From the human T2T-CHM13v2.0 reference genome, Homo sapiens, in NCBI RefSeq assembly GCF_009914755.1, contig NC_060932.1: DNA of 64,000 nucleotides; one strand, written 5' to 3'. Under the pieces are notes generated by a model. It was not told the origin of the DNA and did not search any database. It saw only the letters and a list, made by a program, of their open reading frames with translations. Positions 13,756 to 28,700 of this stretch are shown one piece after another; within the stretch, counting starts at the first letter, position 1; each line of letters opens with the position of its first letter. The position numbers and the translations under genes are program-made.

Positions 13756-13909
13756 GTATTATTTCTTCACCAAAATGTTTTCAGTGTCTACATAGTCTCT
13801 TAACTTCTGAGTATTTTTCATTTACTTAGAAGCTTAGGATTCTTAATTGAAATAGACATTTAAAGTCTGCTAGACCGATCTTCTCACAACGCAGGAACAT
13901 CATCTACAG

Positions 13910-14223
13910 CTGTGCTGTCCAATGTGACAGCCACCAGCCTCATGTTGCTATAGAGAGAAGGCATGTGGCAGGTCCAAATGAGAGTGCTTTAAGTATAGAA
14001 TGCACACTAGATTTGGAAAACTTGGTACAAAAAAGAAGATAAAATATCATACATAATTATTCTATATTGATTATCTATCTTAAAAGTCTTTTGGATATAT
14101 TGGGTTAAATAGAATATATTATTAAAATTAATTTTACCTGTTTCTTTAAATTTATTAATGTGGCTACTAGACAATTCAAAATCATATATGCAACTCACAT
14201 TATATTTCTATTAGACAGTGCTA
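13910..14223. mobile_element. MER33-like hAT-Charlie MITE
   Basis: Terminal inverted repeats ctgtgctgtccaat ... attagacagtgctag; internal tggatatattgggttaaata. Confidence 0.8.
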
Positions 14224-16087
14224 GTCCCTGACAAAGGGTGATGCAGCCTCTGCTTGAAAATGCAGCTAATTAACCCTCTGGGCAGGCGCATCCATCATTG
14301 GACTGTTCTAAGTGTAAAAACGATTTTGTGCCTCTACATTCAAAATCCATCACTTTGGAACTTCCATCTATTGGCACTAGTTCTGCCTCTTGTGTATCAC
14401 AGAGTATCTACTCTTCATACATATTCAGCTATTTTTACTTCTTACTGGAAGATTGCCATCCAACCTGTCTCTCACAGTCTTATGAAACAGGACATCACAG
14501 ACATTTTTGACTCCCGCTCTGCTGACAGGATACGCTATTTGCATTGACAACAGTTGCAGGTTTGGTAGCCATAATCTTTCTGTGCTTAATGATAAATTAG
14601 GCTTCATCTTCTTGTGAAGCTACAGACAAAGTAGAGACTTCTGCTTGAGGCTCCAGAAGTTCTCTCTGCCCCAAAAGTCTAAATGAGAGAGGTACAGGAG
14701 TTAAGGACATCCATCAGGGATGTCATTCCTTGCTCTGAGTTCTATCACGGGAAATGAATGTGGACTTTGGGATGAGAAAAGGGCAGTTGTCAACAGGAAA
14801 TAGCAGCTCTGAGTTCATTTTCAGCAGACAACAGTCTGTTCCAACATAACCTACTCCAACCTAAGCTTCATGGAGACAGACTGGGGCTGACAAAAGGTAA
14901 ATGGTTTTCATGTCACTAGTGTCTTTAAAGAAATACCAATAAATTTAATTTCCTTCTTAAATTTAACAATCCAAACAAGTAAGGTGGAATGCAGCAGACT
15001 GTTATTTAAGTATGTCATGAAGATTTCAAGTTTTAGATCTTGATGCCTATTTTCATGATTAAACAAAATTAAAATCTTTCAAGAAAAAAAGTTATGGTTC
15101 CAAAGACTGTTGTCTGTGATTATGATATATTCAAAGTATTTTCATTGCAATGTTGTGGACATCCATGATAAATTATGCCTTCTTAATTGGGATTATTTTT
15201 ATTTCAGGCAATTGGCACTCTTGAAAATAAAAACCCATCTGTCCAAAACCATTTTTTCATTTCCTGTCATTTCAGCTTAGATTGCACCACTAATCTCTGA
15301 AATCCACATTCTAGTCTAGTGATCAAACAAAAGTTTTTTCTGATCTATGGAAAACTTTTTATTGCAAAGAAAGTTCTTAATGAAAAAGTTAAATAAGACA
15401 AGTTCAAAAGTTTATACAAGGCACTAGTTAGAGCATCTAGGATTTGTGGATAAAATAATATGCCCCAATTATCCGGATGTGTAATTTAGGAAGTAATAAA
15501 TTGTATGCTGATGAATCTAATTCAAAATATCAATACATGCTAAGGTACTCTACAGCCTGTTCAAACACCCTCCCCAATTGTCTTGTTTCAATTACTATCA
15601 ACAGCCACAAATTGGAGTTCTGTCTATATGATGCCCCAAACATTTGGTTAATTCAGTTCATTCAACCTAGTTAATTCAATATGCAAAAAAATTCACCAAT
15701 GAATTGACAAGCTAATGTTCTCAAAATTGTTGATCAGTGAGTTGTAACCTAAGAAGATTTGGCTAAGACAGTCTGAAAAGCCAGGGCTCTCCTCCCATCT
15801 CACTATTCCTTCAACAACTCATTTTGCTTATTCCTTCCACTTACAATAAACTTCAGCATCTTATAGTGCCTCTTTTACCCTAATTCAATAAGCCTTCTCT
15901 ATCATTAAACCCAAAGTTTCTAAAGTCTTATCTCTAGACCATTCCTGGACAATTAAAAGAGTATAGGTGATTCTTCTAAGCAGTTTGGAGATTCAACAGT
16001 CCTCTCTGAAAAGCTTCCTAATTTATGACTTTTTTATCTTCTATCCTAGAATATGTAGACACTGTGGGCCCCAATTAACTTTCTCTA

Positions 16088-16300
16088 TTGGTGGATGGAA
16101 CCTAAGATGACTCAATAATCTCCCCTTATAGTACTCATGCCCTTGCATAATCCTCTCCTCTTGAGTGTGAGTAGCATCTGGGATTTGCTTCTAACTAATA
16201 GAATATGACAAAGATGACATGTCCATCCCACGATTTATTATATTATATGGCAAAAGTGCTAGGATGTTATTCCCATGATTATTTTACATTACACAAGACT
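16088..16300 (+). mobile_element. MLT1E/F-like MaLR LTR, 5' part
   Basis: ataatcctctcctcttgagtgtgag...gcttctaactaatagaatatg. Confidence 0.65.
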
Positions 16301-16514
16301 AGGAGGAGCCTGCACATCTAGCAGAAGAGAAACTAAGGGGCCCAAGCTCTCCAAACATCCCTGGCTCATTGGGTGACTGCATGCCTAGGCAAGAAAGATC
16401 TGGAGAGCACAGAAGATCCAGGGATAATCTACAAATTGCCTGAGTTTTTAGTGTACTCCATAACCCCCACACAGGTGCAATAGCAGAGGATAGGAGATTT
16501 ACTGGCTTTAGGTG

Positions 16515-16845
16515 TGTCTTAGTCAGTTCAGGCTGCTATAATAGAATACTACAGACTGAGTAGTTTAAACAACAAACCTGTGTTTCTCACAGTTCTAGAT
16601 GCTAGGAAATCTAAGATCAAGGTACCAGCAGATCCAGTGTCTCATGGGGGCCTACTTCCTAAATTGCAGATGATTGGCTTCTTATTCTATCATCACATGG
16701 TAGAGACAGACAGAAACCAATCCCTCATGTCTCTTCTTATGAGGGTACTAATAACATTTATAAGGGATCCACTGATGCCATCACATTGGCGGTTAGGATT
16801 TTAACATATAAATTTGGGGGGAACACAAACATGCAGTCCATAGCA
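16515..16845 (-). mobile_element. MLT1A0-like solo LTR
   Basis: tgtcttagtc...cagtccatagca; TSD aggtg at 16510 and 16846. Confidence 0.9.
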
Positions 16846-17314
16846 AGGTGTTTGAGCAAACCTCTAACCAGTCATTGACTGACCACTAAGTTATGCAGAC
16901 TTATAGGTGACCTCTAACAGCCCAGGATAAAAAATAAAATAAAAATAAAAGCAGAATTAAAAAAAAAAAACTAAGCAGAGACTTCAGCGACCAGAAGCCA
17001 AGATTAAACCTAGAAAATTATTTTAACACAAAACAAAGCAAACGAGTAACAACTGACAGGAGGCTGGTGGGCGGGGGGTGGAGGGAATGCAGAATCCAGA
17101 GTTGAGATATATTATCTAAAATATTCAGTTTTCAACGACAACAAAAAATGAGACATGCAAAGAAACAAGAAAGTGTGACTCAAACTCCAAGGGGAGAAAA
17201 AATTAATAAATAGATATTTGTCTCTAATTGGTATTGTACATTTTATCAAAGACTTCAAAGTATTAATTATCAAAATGTCCAAAATTTTAAAAATCATGTT
17301 TAAATAATAAAAGT

Positions 17315-17452
17315 GGTCTGGCACAGTGGCTCGCACCTGTAATCCCAGCACTTTGGGAGGCCAAGGTGGGAGGATCGCTTGAGCCCGGGAGTTCAAGACC
17401 AAACAGGGCAAGATAGCAAGATCCCATCTCCACAAAAAATAAATGAATAAAT
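17315..17452 (+). mobile_element. FLAM_C free left Alu monomer
   Basis: Single arm with ggaggatcgcttgagccc and an A-rich tail. Confidence 0.85.
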
Positions 17453-18743
17453 ACATAATTAAAGGAAAATATCCCAACAATGACTCAACAATAGAAAATC
17501 TCAATAAAGAAAGAGATTTTTAAATGGATATTTTATAATTGAAAATTACAATAAATTGAAATGAAAAGTTCACTAAGCAGTTTCAATAATAGATTTGAAA
17601 TGGCAGAAGCATTAAACTTGAGAAACAGAAATTATTCAATTTGATGAAAAAATAATAATAATTAAAGAACAAATAAAAGAACCTCAGAGATCTGGGGAAA
17701 ATATGGAACATAACAATATAAATGTACTTGGGGTGTCAGAAAGAGAGATGAGAGAGTAAGTAGCAAAAATAATGTTTTTGAAGAATGAATGGCCCATAGC
17801 TTATCACATGTATAAAAAAAAAGATCTATAGATTCAAGAAACTTGACAAACCTCAGGTAGGATAAACACAAGGAGAGTCACACTTCAATTCACTATAGTT
17901 AAAATGCTGAAAATCAAGGAGAAATTCTTTTTTATTTTTTATTTTTATGGGAACATAGTAGATATACATATTTATTGGGTATGGGAGATACTTTGATACA
18001 GGCATACAATGCATAATAATCACATCAGAATAATTGGGATATCCATCACCTCATATATTTATCCTTTCTTTGTGTTACAAACAATCCAGCTTTATCATTT
18101 TGGTTATTTTAAAATGTAGAGTAAATTATTGTTTACTTTAGGCACTGTGTTGTGCTATCAAATACTAGATTTTATTTATCCTATCTAACTATATTTTTGT
18201 ACTCCTTAACCATCCCTACTACCCCCCACTATTCTTCCCACCCTCTGGTTACAATTATTCTACTTTCTCTCTCTCCATAAATTCAATTGTTTTAAATTTT
18301 ACTACCTGCAAATAAGTGAGAATGTGCAAAGTTTGTCTTCCTGTGCCTGGCTTGTTTCACTTAACATGATGATTTCAGGTTCCATCTATGTTGTTGCAAA
18401 TGACAGGATCTCACTTTTTATAGCTGAATAGTACACCATTGTGTATGTATACCACATTTTCTTTATCCATTCATCTGTTGATAGACACTTTGTTGCTCCC
18501 ACATCTTGGCTGTTGTGATTAGAGCTACAGTAAACATGGGAGTGTAGATATCTTTTGACAGTTTTTTGAGAAACGTCCAAAGTCTTCTCCACAGTAGTTG
18601 TACTGATTTACATTCTCACCAAAAAGTGTATAAGGATTCCCTTTTCTTCACATTCTTGCCAGCATTTATTGCCTTTCTTTTGGATAAAACTATTTTAACT
18701 GGGGAGAAATATCCCATTGTAGTTTTGATTTGCATTTCTCTGA

Positions 18744-19127
<384 letters not shown>

Positions 19128-19678
19128 CTTTTGCCCTTTTTTTATTGGATTATTAGATTTTTTTCATATATATTTGTCTGAGCTGCTTGTTTATTCTGGT
19201 TATTAATCTCCTGTCAGACATACAGTTTGCCAATATTTTCTCCCTTTCTGAGGATTGTCTCTTTGTTTATTGTTTCCTTTACTGTGCAGAGCTTTGCCCA
19301 GTCTAATGTCTTGGAGAGTTTCCCCAATGTTTTCTTTTGGTAGCTTGATGATTTGAGATCTTATACTTGAGTTTTTTAATTCACTTTGATCTGATGTTTG
19401 TATATGGAGAGAGATTGGAGTATGGTTTCATTTATCTGTGTATGCGTTTCTGGTTTTCCCAGCACCATTTATTGAAGAATCTGTCCTTTCCCCAATTTAT
19501 GTTCTTGGCACTTTTGCCAAAAATGAGTTCACTGTAGATGTATAGATTTAATCCTGGGTTCTCTATTCCGTTCCATTGATCTATGTATCTGTTTTTATGC
19601 CAGTACCATGTTGTTTTGGTTACTGTAGCTCTGCAGCATAATTTGAAATCAGGTAGTGTTATTTTTCCTCAGGATAGC

Positions 19679-20041
19679 TGATAAGGTTTGGCTATGTCCC
19701 TGCCCAAATCTCATCTCGAATTGTAATGCCATAATTCCCAAGTGCAGTGGGAGGGACCTGGTGGGACATAATTGCATCATGGGGGCAGATCTTTCCTGTG
19801 CTGTTCTCATGATAGTGAATAAGTCTCACGAGATCTAGTAGTTTTATAAAGGGGAGTTCTCCTGCACACGCTCTCTTGCCTGCCACCATATAAGACATGC
19901 CTTTGCTCCTCACTCACCTTCCACCATGATTGTGAGGCCTCCCCAGCTATGTGGAACTGTGAGTCAATTAAACTTCTTGCCTTTATAAATTACCTAGTCT
20001 AGGATATGCCTTTATTAGCAGTGTGAGAATGAACTAACACA
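19679..20041 (+). mobile_element. THE1 (THE1C-like) solo LTR inside L1MA
   Basis: tgataaggtttggct...gaactaacaca; TSD atagc at 19674 and 20042. Confidence 0.92.
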
Positions 20042-23000
20042 ATAGCATTGTCTATTCTGGGTCTTTTGTGGTTCAATATAAATTTTGCAATTGTTTCTTC
20101 TATTGCTCTGAAGAATGTCATTGGTATTTTGACAGATATTGTATTGAATCTGTAGACTGTTTTTGGTAATATGGACATTTTGACAATATTGATTCTTCCA
20201 GCATATGAACATAAAATATCTTTCCATTTTTCTGTGTCTTAAATTTTATGCATCAGTGTTTCATAGTTTTCATTGTAGACCTCTTTGATTTCTTTGGTTA
20301 AGTTAATTTCTGCATATTTTGCTTTATTTGTAGGTATTGTAAATGAGATTACTTTCTTGGTTTCTTTTTCAGATTGTTTGCTGTTGGCATATAGAATTGC
20401 TACTGATTTTTGTATGTTGATTTTGTATCCTGCAACTTTACTGAATTTGTTTATCAGTTCTAAAAGTTTTCTTGTGGAGTCTTTAGGTGTTACCAAATAT
20501 AAGATTATATTATCTGCAGACAAGGATCACTTAACTTATTCCTTTCCAATTTGGATGCCCTTTATTTCTTTCTCTTGTCTGATTGCTCTAGCTGGGACTT
20601 GCATTACTATCTTGAATTACAGTGGTGAAAGTGAGCATCCTTGTCATGTTCCAGATTTTAGAGGAAAAGCTTTCAATTTTTGCCCATTTAGTGTGAGACT
20701 AGCTGTATGTGTGTCAAATATGACTTTTCTTGTGTTGTGATATGTTCCTTCTTTACTCAGTTTTTTTAGGGTTTGTATCACAAAGGATGTTGAATTTTAT
20801 AGAATGCTTTCTCAGCATAAATTGAACTGATCACATGGTTTTTGTACTTTATTCTGTTGACATGGTGTATTACATTGTTTGATTTGCATATGATGAATTA
20901 TCCTTGCATCCCTGGATAAATCCAACTTGGTTATGATGAGAGATCTTTAAATTTATTGTTCAATTCAGTTTGCTAGTATTTTGTTGAGGATTTTTGCATC
21001 AATTCTCATCAGGGATATTGGTTTATAGTTTTCTTTTATTGATATGTTTTTGCCTGGTTTTAGTATCAGGGTAAAACTGGCCTCATGGAATGAATTTGGA
21101 AGTATTTCCTCCTCCTGTATTGTTCAGAATAGTTTGGATGTGATTGGTATTTGTTCTTCTTTAAATGGTTGGTAAAATTCAGCAGTGAAGCTATCACGTC
21201 CCAAGCTTTTCTTTGCTGGGAGGCTTCTTATTATGGCATTAATCTAGGTACTTGTTATTGGGCTGTTGTGAATTTGGGTTTCTTCATGGTTCAATCTTGG
21301 GAGGTTGTATGTGTCCAGGAATTTATCTAATTCTTCTAAACTTTCCAATTTATTGTCATATAATTGTTCACAGTGGCCTCTAATAATCCTTTGAATTTCT
21401 GTAGTATCAGTTATAATGTCCCCTTCTTCATCTCTAATTTTATTTATTTGGGTCTTCGTTCATTTTTTTCTTCATTTACCTTGCTAAAAATGTGTTGATT
21501 TTGTTTATCTTTTCAAAAAACAAAATTTTCATTTTGTTGATAGTCTATATTGTTTTATTCATTTCAATTTCATTTATTTCTACTCAGCTATTTATTATTT
21601 CTTTTCTTCTACTAGTTTTTCACTTGCAATGCTCTTGCTTTCCTAGTTTTTCAAGATGTCATTATATTATTTATTTGAAGTTTTTCTACATGTTTCATGT
21701 AGGCACTTACATTATAAACTGTCCTCTTAGTACTGCTATTGCTGTATTCCATAGGTTTTTGCAGGTCATGTTCCTACAATAATTTGATTCAAGAATTTAA
21801 ATTTTTTTTAATTTTCTTTATTGACCCACTGGTCATTCAGGAGCCTGTCATTAAATTTCCATGTGCTTCTATAGTTTCCCAAATTCCTCTTGTTATTGAT
21901 TTCTAGTTTTTTCTAGTATCCATTGTATATTCTGCAGCCATTGGATGAAGTGTTCTGCAAATATCTATTAGGCCCATTTGATCTATTGTACAGTTTAAGT
22001 CTGATGTTTCTTTGTTGATTTTCTATCTGGATAATCTGTCCAATGCTGAAAGTGGGGTGTTTAATTATCCAGCTATTATTGTTTTGGATCTACCTCTCTC
22101 TAGCTCAAATAATATTTATTTATCTGGGTACACATATATTTACAACTTTTATATCCACCTGCTGAATTGACCTCTTTATCATTATATAATGATCTTCTTC
22201 ATCTCTTTTTGTAGTTTTTGTCTTGAAACTTATTTGCCTGATATAAATATGCCTACTCCTGCTTTTTGTTTCCATTTGCATGAAATACTTTTCTCATCAC
22301 TTTGCTTTCAGTCTATGTGTGCCTTTATAGGTGAAGTGTGTTTCTTCTAGGGGTCTTATTTGTTGGGTCTTCTTTTCCTTTCTTTTTTCTATATCAATTC
22401 AGCCACCATATGTCTTTTGTTTGGATAATTTAGTCTATTTACACTCAATGTTATTATGGATAAGTAAGGACTTTCTTCTGCAATATTTTAATTTATTTTC
22501 TGAGGGTTTTTTTGTGACCTTCTCTTTCTTCTTCCTTCCTATCTTCTGTTTAGTGAAGGTGATTTTCTTCAGTGGTATGTCTTAATTTCTGGCTTAGTTT
22601 GTGTGCATTTCTATTGTATGTTTTCTGATTTGAAGTTACAATGAGGCTTGCAAATAATATCTTATAGCCCATTATTTTAAACTGATGGCCACTTAATACT
22701 GATTGCATTAAAGAAAACCAAATAAACTAACAAGGAAAGAGAAAACCAATAACAGCTGTATACTTTAAGTTCTTGCCCCTGCTTTTAAAGTTTTTATAGT
22801 TTCTATTTATACCTTATTGTATACCCTATGTCTTGAAAAGTTGTTGTACTTATTATTTTTGATCAGTTCATCTTTTAATCTTTCTACTCAAGTTGTGAGT
22901 AGTTTATACACCATGATTATGGTATTATAATGTTCTGTGTTTTTCTGTGTACTTATTATTACCAGTGAGATTTGTACCTTCAGATGATTACTTCTCACTC

Positions 23001-25734
23001 ATTAATGACATTTTCTTTCAAATTAAACAACTCCCTGTAGCATTTCTTGTCAAAAAAGTCTGGTGTTAATGAAGTTTTTCAGCTTTTTTCTGAGAAAGTC
23101 TTTATTTCTCCTTCATGTTTAAAGAATATTTTCACTGGATATACTCTTCTATGGTGAAAGCTTTTTCCTTCAACACTTTAAATATGTCATGCCGCTCTCA
23201 TGCTCTCCAGGGTTGCCACTGACAAGTCTGCTGCCAGGCACACTGGAGCTTCATTTCATGTTATTTGTTTTCTTTTGCTGCTTTTAGAAACTTTCTTTAT
23301 CCTCGACTTTTGGGAGTTTGATTATTGAATAGTTTGAGGAGCCTTCTTTAGGTTAAATCAACTTGTTGTTCTATAATTTTCCTGTACTTGAATATTGATA
23401 TCTTTCTCTAGGTTTGGAAGTTCTTTGATATTATCCCTTTGAATAAACTTTTTAACCCTATCTCTCTGTCTACCTCCACTTTACAGGTAATAAGTCTCAG
23501 ATTTGCTCCTTTGAGGATTTTTTTTTATCTTGTAGATGTGCTTCATTCTTTTTTATTTTTTTCTCTTTGGTATCCTATGACTATGTGTTTTCAAATGGCC
23601 TGTCTAGCTCACTAATTCTTTCTTCTGCTTTATCAATTCTGCAAGTAAGAGAGTCTGATGCATTCATCCATATGCCAGACATTTTCAACTTCATAACTAC
23701 TGCTTGATTATTCTTAAGTATTTCAGTCTCTTTGTTAAATTTATCTGACATGATTCTTAATTTTTTGTTTGTTATAATGATTTAATTGAAATTCCACCAA
23801 AAAGCTACTTTGAATTCTCTATCTGAAAGGTTACATACGTCTGTCTCTCCATGATTGGTTCCTGGTGCCTTATTTAGTCTGTTTGGTAAGGTCATAATTT
23901 CCTTGATAGCCTTGATACTTGTGGACGTTCATCAGTGTCTGGGCATAGAAGAATTAGGAAGTTATTGTAGTCTTCATAGTTTGGGCTTGTTTGTACACCT
24001 CCTTCTTGGAAACACTTTCCAGGTATTCAAAGGTCCTTGATTGTTGAGATCTAAGTTTTTGGCTTCTGCAGCTGTGTCAGCATTAGGAGACATTCCAAGC
24101 CCCATATTGTAGCACTTGAAGACTTGTAGAGGTAGCATGTTGGGGGGCTTGGATAAGACCCAGAAAAATTCTCTAGATTATCAGGCAGAAACTCTTATTC
24201 TCTTCCCTTACTTTCCCCCAGACAGAGTCTCTGTATATGCTGAGCTGCCTGGAGCTGGGGGAGGAGTAACACAAGCATCCCTGTGGCCATTACCACGGAG
24301 ACTGTGCTGGATCAAACCTGAAGCCAATACAGCACTGAGTCTCTCCCACAGCCCATGGTAACCACATCCTGGCTACTGCCTAAGTTCTCTTAAGGCACTA
24401 GACCCTTAAAATCAGCAAGTGGGAAAACCAGCCAGGTTTATGTCCTTCCCTTTAAGGCAGTGAGTTCCTGCAGTCCAAGGTAGGTTTAGAGATGCTGTCT
24501 GAGAACCAGGTCTTGGAATCAGAAACTTAAGGAATCTACCAGATACTGTATGCTACGGCAGCTGAGCTGGCACTGAAGCCACAGAACAAAGTTCTTACCA
24601 TTCTTCTCTCCCCTTTCCGCAAGCAGAGGAGTGTGGAACTCTTCCCACAGTCACCACTACCACAGGTTCACAACAAATATTGTCTGGCTACTGCCAATGT
24701 TCACTCAAAACACAAGCACTCCTAAGTCACCTTGTAGTGAATACTGCCAGGCCTGGGACTCTCCCTTCAGGGAAGTGGGCTCTCCTCTGGCCCAGAACAG
24801 GACCAGAAATGCTTTGAGAGGGCGAGAGACTGGAATCAAAGACCCCAAGTACCCACTTTTTGCTTTATTCCACTGTGGCCGAGCTGGTATCTAAGCTACC
24901 AGAAAAAGTCCCCTTTACTCTTCCCTCTCTTTTCTCAAGCAGAAAGAGTCCCTCCTCATAGCTACCATAGCTGGGAATGTGCTGGGTCACACCTGAAGCC
25001 AGAATATCTTTGAGTCTCACCTAGGCTCACAGTGGGTACTGCCTGGGTATTCCTGCTGATTATTCCAGGCCCAAAGGCTCTTCAGTTAGCAGGCCATGAA
25101 TCTTGCCAGGACTTGATCCTTCCCTTCAAGGCCACAGGTTTCTTTTTGGCCCAGTGTGTCCAGAGATGTCATGTGGGAGCTAGGGCCTGGAATGGGGGCC
25201 TCAGGACTCTGCCAGGTGCCCTATCCTACTGTGGCTGAGCTGGTATCCATGTTGCAAGAGAACCTCCTCTTTATTCTTCCCTCTCCTCTCAAGCAGAGGG
25301 AAGGAATCTCTTACAAAGCTGTGATCTGTACTAGCTGGTGTTGGTGGGGAGGGGTGACACAAGCTCTTTCTTGACTGATGTAGCTGGCATCTCACTAGGT
25401 CACATGCTCCCCAAGTTCACTGGCACCAAAGTCCACACAGCACTAAAGCTTGCCCAGGAGCGCAGTCCTTATGCTTAGCCTGCTTCTTGCATTTACTTAG
25501 GACCCTAGAGCACTCACCCTTCAATGGCAAGGCTTGCCAGAACCTAAGTTCTGACCACTGGCATGGATGATTCTCCTCTGACTAGGGCTGTTATAAATGC
25601 TCCCTACATGGTGTCAGCTGAGTTTTTTCCAGTGTTGCTTTCCACTGAGACAGCACAGAACTGTGTTCCAACACAAAGTCTCACAATCACTGTGCTCTCC
25701 CTGTCCCAATCCCACATATTCTCTCTCTGTGGCA

Positions 25735-28700
25735 AGAAAGCCAAAAAAAATTGAATTTACACTGCATGTTAGACCAAATAGACCTAACAGACATTTACAG
25801 AATATTTTGTGCAACATTGTCAGAATATACATCTTTCTCATCAGCATACAGAACATTCTCCAAGATGGACACTATGTTAGAACACAAAACAAGTATCAAC
25901 AAATTTATAAAGTTCAAAATTATACCAAGTATCTTCTCATACCACAATGGAACAAAACTAGAAATCAAAACAGTGGTAAAAGGGAAATTTATAGTAATAA
26001 ACAACTACATAAAAAGAAAATCTTAGAAAAAATTCAAACGACCAAATAATGCACCTCAAGAACCTAGGAAAAAAAGAACAAACAAAACCCCAAATTGACA
26101 GAGAAAAGAAATAATAAAGATCAAAGCAGAACTAAATGCAATGGAGACTACAGAAACAATACAAAAGATCATTGAAACAAAAAGTTGGTTCCTAGAAAAG
26201 ATAAACAAAATTGATAAACTGCTACCCTACAAAACAAGAGGGAAGACCCAAATAAACAAAATCAGAATTGAGGAGATATTACAACTGACACCAGAGAAAT
26301 ATAAATGATCATCAGAGACTATTATGAACCATTATAAGCTAACAAACTGGAAAACCCTGAGGAAATGGATATATTCCTAAAAATATACAACCTACTGAGA
26401 TTGACCCAAGAAGAAGTAGAAAACCTGAACAGTTAAATAGCGAGTAATGAGATTAAATCAGCAATAAAATGTCTCCCAACAAAGAAAAGTCCAGGAACAG
26501 ACAGATTTATCAATGAATTACACCAAATGTATAAAGAACTAATACCAATTCCCTCAAACTATCCTAAAAATTAAAGAGGAGGGAATTCTCCCTAACTCAT
26601 TCTACAATGATAGCATCATCCTAATACCAAACCCAGACAAGGACACAGCAAAGAAAGAAAACTACAGGCCTATATCACTGATGAACATAGATGCCAAAGT
26701 TCTCAGCAAAATACTAGCAAACCGAATCCAACAGCATATCAAAAAAATAATATACCATGATCAAGTGGGATTTATTCCAGGGATGAAGAAATGGTTCAAA
26801 ATATGAAAATCAGTAATTGTGATATATCACATAGACAGAATTAAAGACAAAAGTCATATGATAATTTTATTAGATGCAGAAAAAGCATTTGATAAAATTC
26901 AATACCCTTTCATGAATAAAAACTCTCAACTAAAAGTTAGGCATAGAAGAAACATATCTCAAAATAATAGTGGTCATATACGACAAACCCATAGCTAATA
27001 TACTGAATGGAAAAAAGTCAAAAGCTCATCTTCTAAGAACTGTAACAAGACAAAGATGCCCATTTTCACCACTCTTATTCAACATAGTATAGAACCTCCT
27101 TAGCATAGCAATAAGACAAGAGAAAGAAAGAAAAGGCCTCCAAATTGGAAAAGAAGTCAAATTGTCCCTCTTTGCAAATAACCTCATTTTATATTTAGAA
27201 AAACCAAGATTTCACCAAAAACTCTTAGAACTTACAAACAAATTCAGTGAAGTTGCAGGATACAAAATTAACATAAAAATCAGTAGCATTTATATATGCA
27301 AATATTGAAATAGCCAAAAAGAAATCAAGAAGGCAATTCCATTTAAAATAGCTGCAAAAAATAAATAAAATATATATGAATAAATTTAATCAAGGATGTG
27401 AAATATATCTACAAGAAAAACTATAAAACACTGATGAAAGAAATGAGGAGGGCACAAAAAAATGGAAGGACATTTTATGCTTGTGGGTTGGAAGAATTTA
27501 TATCATTAATCATACCACCCAAAGGACTCTACAGATTCGATGCAATCTTTATCAAATTGACAATTTCATTTTTCACAAGAATAGAAAAAAAAAATCTTAA
27601 AATGTGTATGGAATAAAAAATGAGCCAGAATATTCAAAGCAATCCTGAACTAAAAGAACAAAGCTGGTGGCATCACATTATCTGACTTCAGAACATATTA
27701 TGAAGCTATACTAACCAAAGCAGCATAGTATTAGAATAAAAATAGATGCATGGACCAATGGAACAGAATAGAGAACCCAGAAATAAATCCAAATATTTGC
27801 AGCCAACTGATATTTCATAAAGCCTCCAAGAACATACACTGGGTAAAATAAACCGTCTTCAAAAAAAAAGAAACTAGATAGCCATATGCAGAAGAATGAA
27901 ACTGGATCCCTATCTCTCACCATATACAAAAGTCAACTCAAGATGGATTAAAGATTTTAAGGTAAGATGGATTAAAGATTTTAAAGTAAGACCCAAAACT
28001 ATAAAACCATTAGAAGAACACATAGAAAAAACTCTTTGAAACATTGCTCTAGGCAAAAATTTTATGGCTATGACCTCAGAAGCACAGGCAATGAAATCCA
28101 AAATAAACAAATGGGATATTTAACTAAAAATCTGCACAGCAAAATAAGCAATTAATTGAGTGAAAAGACAACCTCTTGAATGGAGAAAACACTTGCAAAC
28201 TACTTATTCAACAGGGTATTAATATCCAGAATATACAAGAACTCAACAGGAAAAAATTCTCATTAAAAAATGGAAAAAAGACATGAATAGACATTTCTTA
28301 AAAGAAGATATGCAAATGGCCAACAGTGTATGAAAAGATACTCGACATCACTAATCATCAGAGAAATGCAAAAAAAAACTACAATGATATATCATCTCAC
28401 TCCAGTTAGAATGCCAATTACTAAAAAGACAAAAATAACAGGTGCTGGCAAGCATGCTGAGAAAAGGGAATGCTTATATGCTGTTGGAGGGAATGTAAAT
28501 AAGTAAAACCACTATGGAAAGCAGTATGTAGATTTCTTAAAAAAACTAAAAATTTAATTACCATACAATCCAGCAATCTCACTACTGGGTATTTATCCAA
28601 AGGAAAAGAAATCAGTACATCAAAGGGACACCTGCACTCACATGTCTATCTCAGCACTATTCACAATAGCAAAGATTTGGAATTAACCTAGGTGTCCATC

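Larger units (their letters stand above)
16301..17927 (+). mobile_element. Ancient L1M 5' region/ORF1 (host element; resumes near 29280-31856)
   Basis: Degenerate ORF1-like sequence (acctcagagatctgggg..., gattcaagaa..., aaaatgctgaaaatcaaggagaaa). Confidence 0.6.
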
